This document shows, in pieces, positions 37,996-47,159 of a DNA stretch of 64,000 bases. The stretch's first letter is position 1. Each line of letters starts with the position of its first letter. This DNA is from an uncultured Latescibacterota bacterium (GTDB lineage Bacteria > Latescibacterota > UBA2968): positions 293,339 through 357,338 of the forward strand of contig OX638329.1 in the NCBI GenBank assembly GCA_951812755.1, given 5' to 3'. The notes beneath the pieces were generated by a model. That model was given only the letters and a program-made list of their open reading frames with translations. It had not been told where the DNA came from and made no database searches. A program made the translations under genes and the position numbers.

Positions 37996-39948
37996 ATGGC
38001 CATTCGCGAACAACAAACACACACAGCACCACTTCAACGAGCCGTAACCGCGCGGTCAATAGTGATAGGTGCCATGTGCGCGGGTTTCCTGGGATGGGGT
38101 GGACATTTTACGCGACACATTGCACACACCACAAAAATGGCGCAAGATCATCTGCCATGGGGCGCAGTCGTGCCATTTTTGTTGATCGCAGTCGTATTGA
38201 ATAAAGTCCTGGAAAAAGTGCGCCCGCAATGGGTCTTGCGCCCTTCGGAATTGCTGGTCATCTTTTCAATGGGCCTGGTGGCATCGGCATTGCCCAGCTA
38301 TTTTATGGGACATCTGATCGCCAACGTCTCAGCACCATTTTATTTTGCCAACACAGAGAACCGATGGGCAGACGACATACATCCGTATTTGCCCGACTGG
38401 GCGGTCGTGACCGATGTGACGGCTGCGCGGTGGTTTTTTGAAGGACTACCAGCCGGCGCAACCATCCCCTGGGAAATCTGGATAACGCCGATGATCTGGC
38501 GCCTGAGCCTGGTATTTATGATCGGCGTATTTGGATTCTGCGCGGTTTCAATCCTGCGCAAGCAATGGGTGGAACACGAGCGCCTGACCTTTCCATTGAT
38601 GACATTGCCATTGGAACTGGTCAACAGAGAACCGCGAGGATTCTGGCCCGTGGGCATAATGAATCGCCCCGTGTTCTGGTGGGGATTCGCGCTCGCCTCA
38701 TTTCCCATATACTGGAACATGGTTGGATATTTCCAGCCGCTTTTTCCAACCATTCCCCGAGATCTGGGATTGATGGAATTCGGTCAGTATTTCCCGCCGA
38801 TACACACGCGGTTTTATCCAGTAATCATTGGCGTATCGTATTTTATGGACCTGGATGTATTGTTTAGCATTATTGTATTTCACCTGTTATTGACCCTTGA
38901 AATGGGGCTGTTCAACCGCCTGGGGATCGAGATAGGGCCAACCCATGTGTGGCCAGCATCGCAATTTGAAAACTGGCAGGGATTTGGTGCACTGTGCGTG
39001 CTGGTACCGTGGAGCTTGTGGATGGCGCGAGAACATCTAAGAAACGTATTTCGCAAAGCCCTGCTCAAGGCGCGGGATGTTGAAGACTCGGGCGAATTAT
39101 TGTCCTACCGCGCTGCACTTGGCGGACTGCTGGCGAGCGGACTATTTATTCTGGGCTGGTGCGTGACGTCCGGCATGTCGGTCTTTGTCGCCCTCACTTT
39201 TTTGAGCCTCGTGGGCGTGATCTGGTTGGGGATCACGCGCGTCTGCGTGGAGGGCGGCCTGATCAGCAGCCGCATGATACAGGGACAATTTGTCGCATAT
39301 CACCTGCTGGGTCCCGTGAATATCTCGCCATCGGGAATGGCGGCATTTGCACTCACAGAAACATGGCATCACGATATCAAAACCATATTGATGGCCAACC
39401 TCGCCAATGCCACGCGGCTTTACGACAGCATCCGACACGAAAGAATGCGCCTGGTCATCGCGCTCGGATTGGCCATGCTGGTGGTGATAACCACAAGTGC
39501 GTATTATCAAATTTCATCGAGCTATGTGACCGGCGCATTTAATTATGGCGGCATTTACGGTCCTTATGTGCAAAACACTTTTGATACCATAGCCGCTCAT
39601 ATTCGGGACCCCTTTGCCCTCGAGCGCGAGCGCATGCTCATCGCGCTGCTTGGAATGGCAACCACGGCATTGATGCTGGCGTTGCGCTATGTATGGCCCT
39701 GGTGGCCCTTGCATCCGATTGGGTTTGCCGCCGTGACAGCGTATCCGGTCAATCGCATTGTATTTTCCATCTTCTTTGCCTGGTTTTCCAAATTTGTCAT
39801 ATTGCGGGCGGGCGGCATTGATCTATACCGCAAAGCATCGCCGTTTTTCCTGGGGCTTATGGTGGGGTATTTCACGGGCGTCTTTGTGTCATTTCTGGTG
39901 GATTGTATCTGGTTTCCGGGACAGGGACATTCGCTGGCGTTGTACTAG
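37996..39948 (+). CDS. DUF6785/DUF6784-type multi-pass membrane protein (paralog)
   Basis: LRKQWVEHERLTFP, WWPLHPIG, PFFLGLMVG; GGAG RBS. Confidence 0.8.
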   Translation: MAIREQQTHTAPLQRAVTARSIVIGAMCAGFLGWGGHFTRHIAHTTKMAQDHLPWGAVVPFLLIAVVLNKVLEKVRPQWVLRPSELLVIFSMGLVASALPSYFMGHLIANVSAPFYFANTENRWADDIHPYLPDWAVVTDVTAARWFFEGLPAGATIPWEIWITPMIWRLSLVFMIGVFGFCAVSILRKQWVEHERLTFPLMTLPLELVNREPRGFWPVGIMNRPVFWWGFALASFPIYWNMVGYFQPLFPTIPRDLGLMEFGQYFPPIHTRFYPVIIGVSYFMDLDVLFSIIVFHLLLTLEMGLFNRLGIEIGPTHVWPASQFENWQGFGALCVLVPWSLWMAREHLRNVFRKALLKARDVEDSGELLSYRAALGGLLASGLFILGWCVTSGMSVFVALTFLSLVGVIWLGITRVCVEGGLISSRMIQGQFVAYHLLGPVNISPSGMAAFALTETWHHDIKTILMANLANATRLYDSIRHERMRLVIALGLAMLVVITTSAYYQISSSYVTGAFNYGGIYGPYVQNTFDTIAAHIRDPFALERERMLIALLGMATTALMLALRYVWPWWPLHPIGFAAVTAYPVNRIVFSIFFAWFSKFVILRAGGIDLYRKASPFFLGLMVGYFTGVFVSFLVDCIWFPGQGHSLALY

Positions 39949-39958
39949 AGGCTACGTC

Positions 39959-42547
39959 ATGTGTAACGGCAAAAGAAAAATTCGCGCCATCTGTAAACGC
40001 ACCATTATCGCGTGTGCATTTGCCATGATATGTGCGCCAGTCTGGGGAGATCGCTTGCAGGAAAGTTTCGGTGGGGAGGAAGATTCGCTCGCTACAGTCC
40101 TGATCGCAGAACGCGCCGGACCGGACAGCGCAGCCGTATATCGGGCATTGCCCTGGGATGAGAAAGCGCAATTTTTAATAGCCTTTTGGCAACGGCACAA
40201 TCCCGTAGTACTGCAATTTTATTACGGGTATCATACCGGGCGTCGCTACCTGACGGTATCAGATGCTTTTTTTGAACGCGGCCGATTGATACCCCGGCGC
40301 TATAAAACGCGCGCCGCACCACCAGATACCGCCCTGCTCGACGATGCTGTTGCACTATTTGAACGGATGCTACAGGACGATGCCAACAACCGCGTTGCCC
40401 TGTGCGCGTTGGGATATTGCTTGCTGGAACAGCACAAAGGTCTGGAAGCAGAACGCATTTTTGTGCGCGTTCTGGAAAAAGACCGGCGGTTTCTCATCGC
40501 GCGACACGGCCGCGCACTGGCGTGCTTGATCCAAAAAAAACAGGTGCGCCGCGCACTGGATTTTTTTCAGGACACCGTATCTCTCGACGCGAAATACGAG
40601 GCGGCGTATTACAATCTGGCGATGTGCCACCTGGCAATGCGCAGCGTGGATATGGACCATCATTTTGGCAATGTGGTCAAACGCTTCCCGCAACACCGCG
40701 ATGCGTATTTTAAGCTCGGGGTGTTTTACGAATCGCTCTATTATTTTGAAAAAGCCGTCAAGGCATTGTCAAAGCAGGTCGCTGTAAATCCAGCACACAG
40801 CGTGGCAAGGGGCAGACTGGCGCGCGTAGCTATGGAATTGAAATATCTGAAACAAGAATTGCACACCACCACAGAACTGCGCGATCTCGCCGAAAAAGAT
40901 CCCGAGCGTTATCTGCCACTCCTGGGCGCACAATATCTGGAATCGGGTGCGTACGAGCAGGCAGAAGCATCATTTTCGCAATTTTTATCCCTCTTGCCGC
41001 AAAGTGAACGCCTCCTGTACGAAGATGTCACCTTGCTCCTGTCGGCAAATGAATTTGAGACCTTCCGCATGATCAGGGAAGATGAAAAACGCGCATTCAC
41101 CGGTTTGTTCTGGCGCAAAATAGACCCAACACCCACCACACCTGTTAATGAGCGCAGGTTGGAACACTACCGGCGCATAAATTACGCGATACAGAACTTT
41201 TCCGAAGGCCGAATACCATGGGATGCGCGTGGCGACGTGTATATCCGCTTTGGTCATCCCGATCACAGAAGCTGGTCCGACCACCTCGTATTCGAAACCG
41301 ATGCAAAAGTAATTCGGGTAAAAAACCGACTCATGGACCTCGCGGGACAAGCACTGCACGAAATCGCCCCTACGACATCGCTGCAGATAGAATCGTCTTT
41401 GGGCGCAAGCACCGTAATGAAGGTAACACCCGAGGTTCGGGGGCTGCCGATATTTCCCATGCCACACCAGGGCGCTTTATTTCGAGATGGCGCGTCTTTG
41501 AACTACAAGTGGGAAACCTGGATTTACGCCCATATTGGCGAAGGAATTGAAGTGACATTTCTCGACGCCCTGGGCAATTTTGATTTTCAATTTCCCCAGC
41601 CGCCTATTGACTCGCCCAATCGATTGCTGTGGCTGCACCTCGCACCCGAAGCCGTGGTCGCACGGGTCGTCAACCGCACGCCCTCTGTTTACCGCTATCC
41701 ATATCCCGGAGATCCAATGCCGCTGCTTATGTCCGTGGCAGATTTCCAGGGAAATGGACGCGATACCCGCCTGGATGCCTTTATCGGCGTACCGTGGACC
41801 GCACTGAAAACGCAAAAACGGGGAACACAGATATCGGCTTCGGTAAATCGAATGTGGGTCCTCTTTGACGCACAGGGCACAGAAATTGCCCGCGACAGCC
41901 TGAATACGCAGGCAACACAGCCCGAAACAGTTGACGACCCTGGCGTTTTATGGGTGGATCAGGTCACAGCAGAAGTTAAACCCGGCCACTATCTCATGGC
42001 TGTGCGCGTGAACGACCCGGCTTCGGGGAAACTACAAATTCACCGGCAACTCGTCGATGTAGAAGCATACAATGCCTCGATCCTGATGGTAAGCGACCTT
42101 GTCGTGGCGGGGAAAATTGCAACATTGGAAGCGCGCACAGAAGGCAAATTCATCCGAGACGACCTCGAAGTACTCCCCTTGCCGTCACACACCTTTGCCC
42201 CAGAACAGCCAGTCTATCTGTACTATGAAGTGTATAACCTCTTTAGAGATGACACAGGACAAACGCATTACCGCGTGGATTATGCCGTGCGCGGCAGCAA
42301 AAATGCTGGCGCCCGGTTGCTAAAAGGCATCGGCACATTGCTGGGCATATCTGAAAAGCAAGAAGGGGTGCAGGTATCTTATGAACATCGGGGCAATACG
42401 GAAACAGAACCCGTATATGTCGCCCTCAATGTAGCGGCAAAACCGGGACAAAAACTCACAATTGGCGTAACCGTAACCGACCTGAACCGCCCGGGAAAGC
42501 CAACAGCGACAAAAGATATTTGGGTAGCGATAGGAAGTGAGAAGTGA
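39959..42547 (+). CDS. GWxTD-domain, TPR-containing secreted protein
   Basis: FWRKIDPTPTTPVNERRLEHYRRI...PWDARGDVYIRFGHPD, ETWIY, and TPRs. Confidence 0.85.
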   Translation: MCNGKRKIRAICKRTIIACAFAMICAPVWGDRLQESFGGEEDSLATVLIAERAGPDSAAVYRALPWDEKAQFLIAFWQRHNPVVLQFYYGYHTGRRYLTVSDAFFERGRLIPRRYKTRAAPPDTALLDDAVALFERMLQDDANNRVALCALGYCLLEQHKGLEAERIFVRVLEKDRRFLIARHGRALACLIQKKQVRRALDFFQDTVSLDAKYEAAYYNLAMCHLAMRSVDMDHHFGNVVKRFPQHRDAYFKLGVFYESLYYFEKAVKALSKQVAVNPAHSVARGRLARVAMELKYLKQELHTTTELRDLAEKDPERYLPLLGAQYLESGAYEQAEASFSQFLSLLPQSERLLYEDVTLLLSANEFETFRMIREDEKRAFTGLFWRKIDPTPTTPVNERRLEHYRRINYAIQNFSEGRIPWDARGDVYIRFGHPDHRSWSDHLVFETDAKVIRVKNRLMDLAGQALHEIAPTTSLQIESSLGASTVMKVTPEVRGLPIFPMPHQGALFRDGASLNYKWETWIYAHIGEGIEVTFLDALGNFDFQFPQPPIDSPNRLLWLHLAPEAVVARVVNRTPSVYRYPYPGDPMPLLMSVADFQGNGRDTRLDAFIGVPWTALKTQKRGTQISASVNRMWVLFDAQGTEIARDSLNTQATQPETVDDPGVLWVDQVTAEVKPGHYLMAVRVNDPASGKLQIHRQLVDVEAYNASILMVSDLVVAGKIATLEARTEGKFIRDDLEVLPLPSHTFAPEQPVYLYYEVYNLFRDDTGQTHYRVDYAVRGSKNAGARLLKGIGTLLGISEKQEGVQVSYEHRGNTETEPVYVALNVAAKPGQKLTIGVTVTDLNRPGKPTATKDIWVAIGSEK

Positions 42548-42647
42548 GAAGGAAGAAGTGAGAAGGAAGAAGACCCTGTCCAACCAGCCCCAGCTACACA
42601 GCCCGCCCTGCTCCCAATTTTTAATTCTTAATTTTTAATTTTTAATT

Positions 42648-43631
42648 CTAAGCCGTCCCAACTTCGCGGGCGACTTTGGGGCGGCGGAGTTTCCAGATCA
42701 GACCATCCAGAACAAAGTGGGCAAACGAAGTCCCATAGGCAAAAAAGAGGAAGGCAAAAAGGGAATAGGCGTAAAGACCATAGAGAATGCCGCAGATAAC
42801 AGCGGTAAAGAGAAATGTATTGCGTACAATATGGCTGGCGGCCTTATTGAGAAGTGGCGCGTCAAGAGCCGACGTGCGGACTTTATTTTTTATCGTAAGC
42901 GCGACCAGAGCGATATATTCAGAAGCGTGATTGATACTGGTGGCAATATAGATAGCGCCAGCCGACAGGGTGGGACCAATCCCGTAGAGAAAGACCACAG
43001 AGCCAAAAAAGAGCAGTTTGGGAACGCTGATACCCTGGGCACCGCGAAATTCATAGACGAGCCAGGCCAGAGTGATCAGAATAGCCAATCCGTACAAAAT
43101 GTGGGAGATCAGGAGCGGAGGCGTGAAGTCGAGCAGATTGCGAAGATAGTGCATGACCTTGACATCGGCTTCAGAACCAAAAAGGTAAAAGAAACCAGCC
43201 AATCCCCAGAGATACATCGTCCAGGCATCGAGGCGTTTGTGACCCCATCGAGCTTTGCCCGAGTAGATGCGGAGAATGCCGTATTTCTGACGAACAAAGT
43301 GAAAATAGTTGAAAAGGTACCAGAAGGCAAACATCTCGGGTTCGTCAATCCGAAAAAAATAACAGAGACCCACAAACACAAAACACAGGATGGGAATAAG
43401 CGTATAAAGGACGCGCGCGCGGCTAAATTCAGCGCGATCTAAATAGACGAGAAGAAACGTAAAGTACCGGTGCGTCGCAAAAAGAAACGTAACAGAAACA
43501 ATGCGGATAGTATCGAAGTATTGGGGAAACAGGTAGGGGGCAAAAAAGAAAAGCAACCAGCCCAGGGTGATGCAGGAAAGATCAACAACGGGCGTAACAA
43601 CCCAGAGCGCGTGTTTTTTTTTAACGGACAT
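42648..43631 (-). CDS. Hypothetical multi-pass membrane protein
   Basis: THRYFT, HFVRQKYGI, HFVLDGLIWK His-containing motifs. Confidence 0.78.
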   Translation of the reverse strand: MSVKKKHALWVVTPVVDLSCITLGWLLFFFAPYLFPQYFDTIRIVSVTFLFATHRYFTFLLVYLDRAEFSRARVLYTLIPILCFVFVGLCYFFRIDEPEMFAFWYLFNYFHFVRQKYGILRIYSGKARWGHKRLDAWTMYLWGLAGFFYLFGSEADVKVMHYLRNLLDFTPPLLISHILYGLAILITLAWLVYEFRGAQGISVPKLLFFGSVVFLYGIGPTLSAGAIYIATSINHASEYIALVALTIKNKVRTSALDAPLLNKAASHIVRNTFLFTAVICGILYGLYAYSLFAFLFFAYGTSFAHFVLDGLIWKLRRPKVAREVGTA

Positions 43632-43644
43632 AGGGATTTCCCTC

Positions 43645-44868
43645 CTACTTCCCACTTCCCACTTCCAGACACACCATTTCGGTGTGATTACGAAGATAAA
43701 GCCTGCCATTAGATAGTGTGGGTGGCGTCCAGCACCGCGGAGACAAAACCTGAGCACTGGCTTTTTCTATGTACGCTTCTGGTATCGCCTCCACCAGAGC
43801 CAGTTTGCCCTGTTCGCCCAGGACGATCAAATGTCCATCGGCAAAGATGAGGGACCCCTTTTGAAAGCCGCGTTTGCGCCATTGCTCCTGTCCGGTCTCG
43901 GCGGCAATGCACTTGAGAATGGCGTTGTCAAACCCATAGAGGTGCCCCTCGTGATGAATAGACGTGGCAAAATGGTTTTTCATACTGCGGTTGCGCCATA
44001 CTTTTTTTACTGCAAACTGACCGTTTTGAGAAACAAGCTGGATAACCGCCGCGCCTTTGCCATAGCCCGAAGAGATAAAGAGTCTATCCGGAGCGAGAAA
44101 AACGGGCGTCGCGGCATTGACATCGGGACCTGTTTGCCAGGGATGCCGCCATAAAAGTCGGCCATCTTTGGCAGCGACACCAACCAGACCAGAGACTGGA
44201 AAAAAGACGATTTGCCGAATATCAGAAACAGTAATAGCAATGGGGGACGCATAAGAAGGAGCGTCATCTTGAGAGGCCCATGCGACCCTGCCGGTAGTTT
44301 TATCAAAGGCGATAAAGGATTTTCCAGAGGCCCCCCCAACCTCGACGATCAGCAACTTGCCTTCCAGCAAAGGAGAAGTAGAAAAGCCCCAATGAGGCGG
44401 ATCACTTATGAATTCAGTTTGCAAATGGTGAGTCCATACTATTTCTCCGTCCTCAACATCGAGCGCATAAAGCTGTCCGTTTGCACCTAAGAAGAAGGCC
44501 ATTTCTTTGTCAATGATAGGGGTAGATCGGGGACCGTTCCCGCCCTGCCAGTCTGAAAAATTGCTACCGGTCCTGACTCGCCAGTGCTCTTCCCCTGTAG
44601 CGGCATCCAGACATATCGCATATTCATCTTTCCCTTCTGCAAACATGGTATAGGCTGCGCCCTGTGCAATAGCAATGCTCGAGAAACCCTCGCCCAGCGG
44701 TGTTCGCCAGAGAACAGCAGGCCCGGAATCAGCCCATTTTTTGAGCAGCCCCGTTTCAGAGGAAACTCCATCGCGCTTGGGGCCAAACCACTGCGACCAA
44801 TCCGCAGCAAAGCCACTGCCCGTCAGGAAGAGCAGGGCTATCGATAAGGTAATAATAACGACACGCAT
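43645..44868 (-). CDS. PQQ-binding-like beta-propeller protein (BamB-like)
   Basis: Signal peptide, DWSQWFGPKRDG, repeated LDAATGEEHW-type blades, GRLYLRN. Confidence 0.9.
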   Translation of the reverse strand: MRVVIITLSIALLFLTGSGFAADWSQWFGPKRDGVSSETGLLKKWADSGPAVLWRTPLGEGFSSIAIAQGAAYTMFAEGKDEYAICLDAATGEEHWRVRTGSNFSDWQGGNGPRSTPIIDKEMAFFLGANGQLYALDVEDGEIVWTHHLQTEFISDPPHWGFSTSPLLEGKLLIVEVGGASGKSFIAFDKTTGRVAWASQDDAPSYASPIAITVSDIRQIVFFPVSGLVGVAAKDGRLLWRHPWQTGPDVNAATPVFLAPDRLFISSGYGKGAAVIQLVSQNGQFAVKKVWRNRSMKNHFATSIHHEGHLYGFDNAILKCIAAETGQEQWRKRGFQKGSLIFADGHLIVLGEQGKLALVEAIPEAYIEKASAQVLSPRCWTPPTLSNGRLYLRNHTEMVCLEVGSGK

Positions 44869-44945
44869 GGGAACTTCTCCTTTGTGCTAAGGACTCTATT
44901 TACAGGCACAGTCTCAACAAAGCAAGTAATGCCTTTAATCCGTGT

Positions 44946-46193
44946 TCATCTGTGTTCATCTGTGGTTGCTTTTCCCACCCGTTCCAATTCCTGAACAACA
45001 GCCGTATGCCCTTTTGCCCTCGCCCACATCAGGGCTGTAACTCCATCTTTATCCTCAATTGCGACATCGGCACCGCCTCTTAAAAGCGCGTGGACCGCAT
45101 GGACATGTCCTTCAAACGCGGCGGCCATCAACGGCGTGTGGCCCTCGCGGTCGGGCGCATTGACATTTGCGCCCACTTCCAATAAAAACTCGATTCGTGC
45201 GGTCTCACCATCCCAGGCTGCACCCATCAAAGCCGTATCCCCCATATTGTCCCTGACGTTGAGATCTGCACCACCTGCTATGAGCACCCGCACAATTTGG
45301 CGATGATCTTGTAAAACAGCCCGCATCAAAGGCGTTTCACCAGCACCACCTCTGATATCGGGAATTCCCCCTTTTGTCAGAAGCGTATCGACAATAGCGG
45401 TATGACCTTTGAACGCGGCCAGTAGCAGGGGGGAATCGCCAAAATTGTCTTTGGCATTGGGATCAGCACCCGCATTCAGGAGGGCATCCACCATATCTGT
45501 TTGACCTTCGATTGACGCCCAGGTGAGAGCAGTCCGGTTGTCCTTATCTCTAATATTGGGATCCGCTCCATTTTCCAGCAGGACTTTCACTGCATACGTA
45601 TGGCCTGCAACAACCGCGCTCATCAGAGCCGTGCGCTCGTCGTTGTCCTGCGCGTTGACATCCGCGCCCGCGTCTATCAAAGCTTGAAGCGTAGTTGTGT
45701 GACCTTCTACTGCCGCGGGCATCAACGCAGTGGCGCCATGGGCGTTTTTCAAATGGAGATTCGCGCCTTTTTTCAGGAGAATATTGACGATATCTGTATG
45801 CCCATCAAAGGCGGCGGGCATTAAAGCGGTAGCACCGTGCTTGTCCTGAATATTGGGGTCCGCTTTGCCCAACAAAAGGGCTTGCACCGTCTGGATATGT
45901 CCTTGAAAAGCCGCGACAATCAAAGCCGTTTCCCCGCTCATACCCTGAGCATTGGGATCGGCACTTTTTTCGAGAAGCGCACTGACCACATCTGTATGCC
46001 CACCTCTGGCTGCGACCATCAGCACGGTAGTACCGTATTTGTCCCGAGCATTTGCATTATCGCCAGCACTCAGACGCGCCTGCACACCAGACAGATTTCC
46101 CTTTGCTGCGGCTTCGAGGAGTTGTGTGCCATTGGCATGTGCCGCTGCTGAAAGACAGAGGACAAGGATAAATGTAAATATAATCTTGTACAT
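44946..46193 (-). CDS. Secreted ankyrin repeat protein
   Basis: Signal peptide followed by about 11 GxTALxxAAxxGHxxxVxxLLxxGAD repeats. Confidence 0.95.
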   Translation of the reverse strand: MYKIIFTFILVLCLSAAAHANGTQLLEAAAKGNLSGVQARLSAGDNANARDKYGTTVLMVAARGGHTDVVSALLEKSADPNAQGMSGETALIVAAFQGHIQTVQALLLGKADPNIQDKHGATALMPAAFDGHTDIVNILLKKGANLHLKNAHGATALMPAAVEGHTTTLQALIDAGADVNAQDNDERTALMSAVVAGHTYAVKVLLENGADPNIRDKDNRTALTWASIEGQTDMVDALLNAGADPNAKDNFGDSPLLLAAFKGHTAIVDTLLTKGGIPDIRGGAGETPLMRAVLQDHRQIVRVLIAGGADLNVRDNMGDTALMGAAWDGETARIEFLLEVGANVNAPDREGHTPLMAAAFEGHVHAVHALLRGGADVAIEDKDGVTALMWARAKGHTAVVQELERVGKATTDEHR

Positions 46194-46210
46194 ATAGCAA
46201 AAGTAAAAAT

Positions 46211-46984
46211 TCAATGAACCAGCTTGATACCCCATTCAACACACCGCGTCTCGACTTCATTAAGTGGTGCCATGGTTACGATCACGCCATCAACTGTTTT
46301 ATCGGGGTGCAATGTCCGCATCAACGCCACTTTATCGGCAAAGCGATCCACATCTTCCACCTCGCAAACAGACTTCACCTCAAACACCAGTAAAGTGCTA
46401 TTATAGACCAGAATATCGACTTCATAGCGGCGCCCTGAAGGGCCGATCATGCCATCCACATCCTCCAGGGGCTGTCGCAAACGAACATTTTCAGATAAAA
46501 TATCGTCCCGCCCAAGTACCAATCTCATCGTGCCCGCAACAACATCCTCCAATTTTCTTCCTGACCGCGTTTGGAAACGTCCCACGATCATTTCGACCCA
46601 ATCTCTCAGATCGGAAAACCGCTGATCCATCTGGTCAAAACGTCCATCAATTTTCTCAAACCGCTCATTGACTTCCGAATGAAATGTGTCAAATTCGCCT
46701 CGAAATGAACTCAATTCATCTTCGACTTTCTCAAATCGTTCATCGACTTTCTCAAATCGTTCATCGACTTTCTCAAACTGTTCATCATTTCTCAAACGAA
46801 ATGTGTCAAATTCGCCCCGAAAATCGCGCAGTTCAGAAAGCACGGCTGCTACTTCTTCCTTCGAGGCAAAAGTCCGCATAAAAGCCGTATAGATTCGTTG
46901 TTCCATCTCTGGATGCCGCGCAAGCAAAGCCGGCAATTGTTTCTCAAGCGTCTCTAACAGTTCTTCATCTGTCAACAGGGCCAT
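46211..46984 (-). CDS. Coiled-coil / PD-(D/E)XK nuclease-like protein (DUF3782-like)
   Basis: Heptad repeats FEKVDER (21-nt DNA repeats) and YEVDIL...VFEVKS...DVDRF. Confidence 0.75.
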   Translation of the reverse strand: MALLTDEELLETLEKQLPALLARHPEMEQRIYTAFMRTFASKEEVAAVLSELRDFRGEFDTFRLRNDEQFEKVDERFEKVDERFEKVEDELSSFRGEFDTFHSEVNERFEKIDGRFDQMDQRFSDLRDWVEMIVGRFQTRSGRKLEDVVAGTMRLVLGRDDILSENVRLRQPLEDVDGMIGPSGRRYEVDILVYNSTLLVFEVKSVCEVEDVDRFADKVALMRTLHPDKTVDGVIVTMAPLNEVETRCVEWGIKLVH

Positions 46985-47109
46985 CTCTCATTCCTCACTG
47001 GTGGACCACCAAGCTCAGTTTCCAGCTAATCATCTTAATCATCTATCGAGAAATATAACCACCTACCACCCGTTCCACAACCCCAAGCATGTACTGTAGT
47101 CATGAAAGC

Positions 47110-47143
47110 CGTCATCGCGGCATGATGTTGAGCCGCGATCCAG
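47110..47143. repeat. REP-like palindromic element (opposite orientation)
   Basis: cgtcatcgcggcatgatgttgagccgcgatccag. Confidence 0.8.
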
Positions 47144-47159
47144 TGTCTGCTATTTCCAT

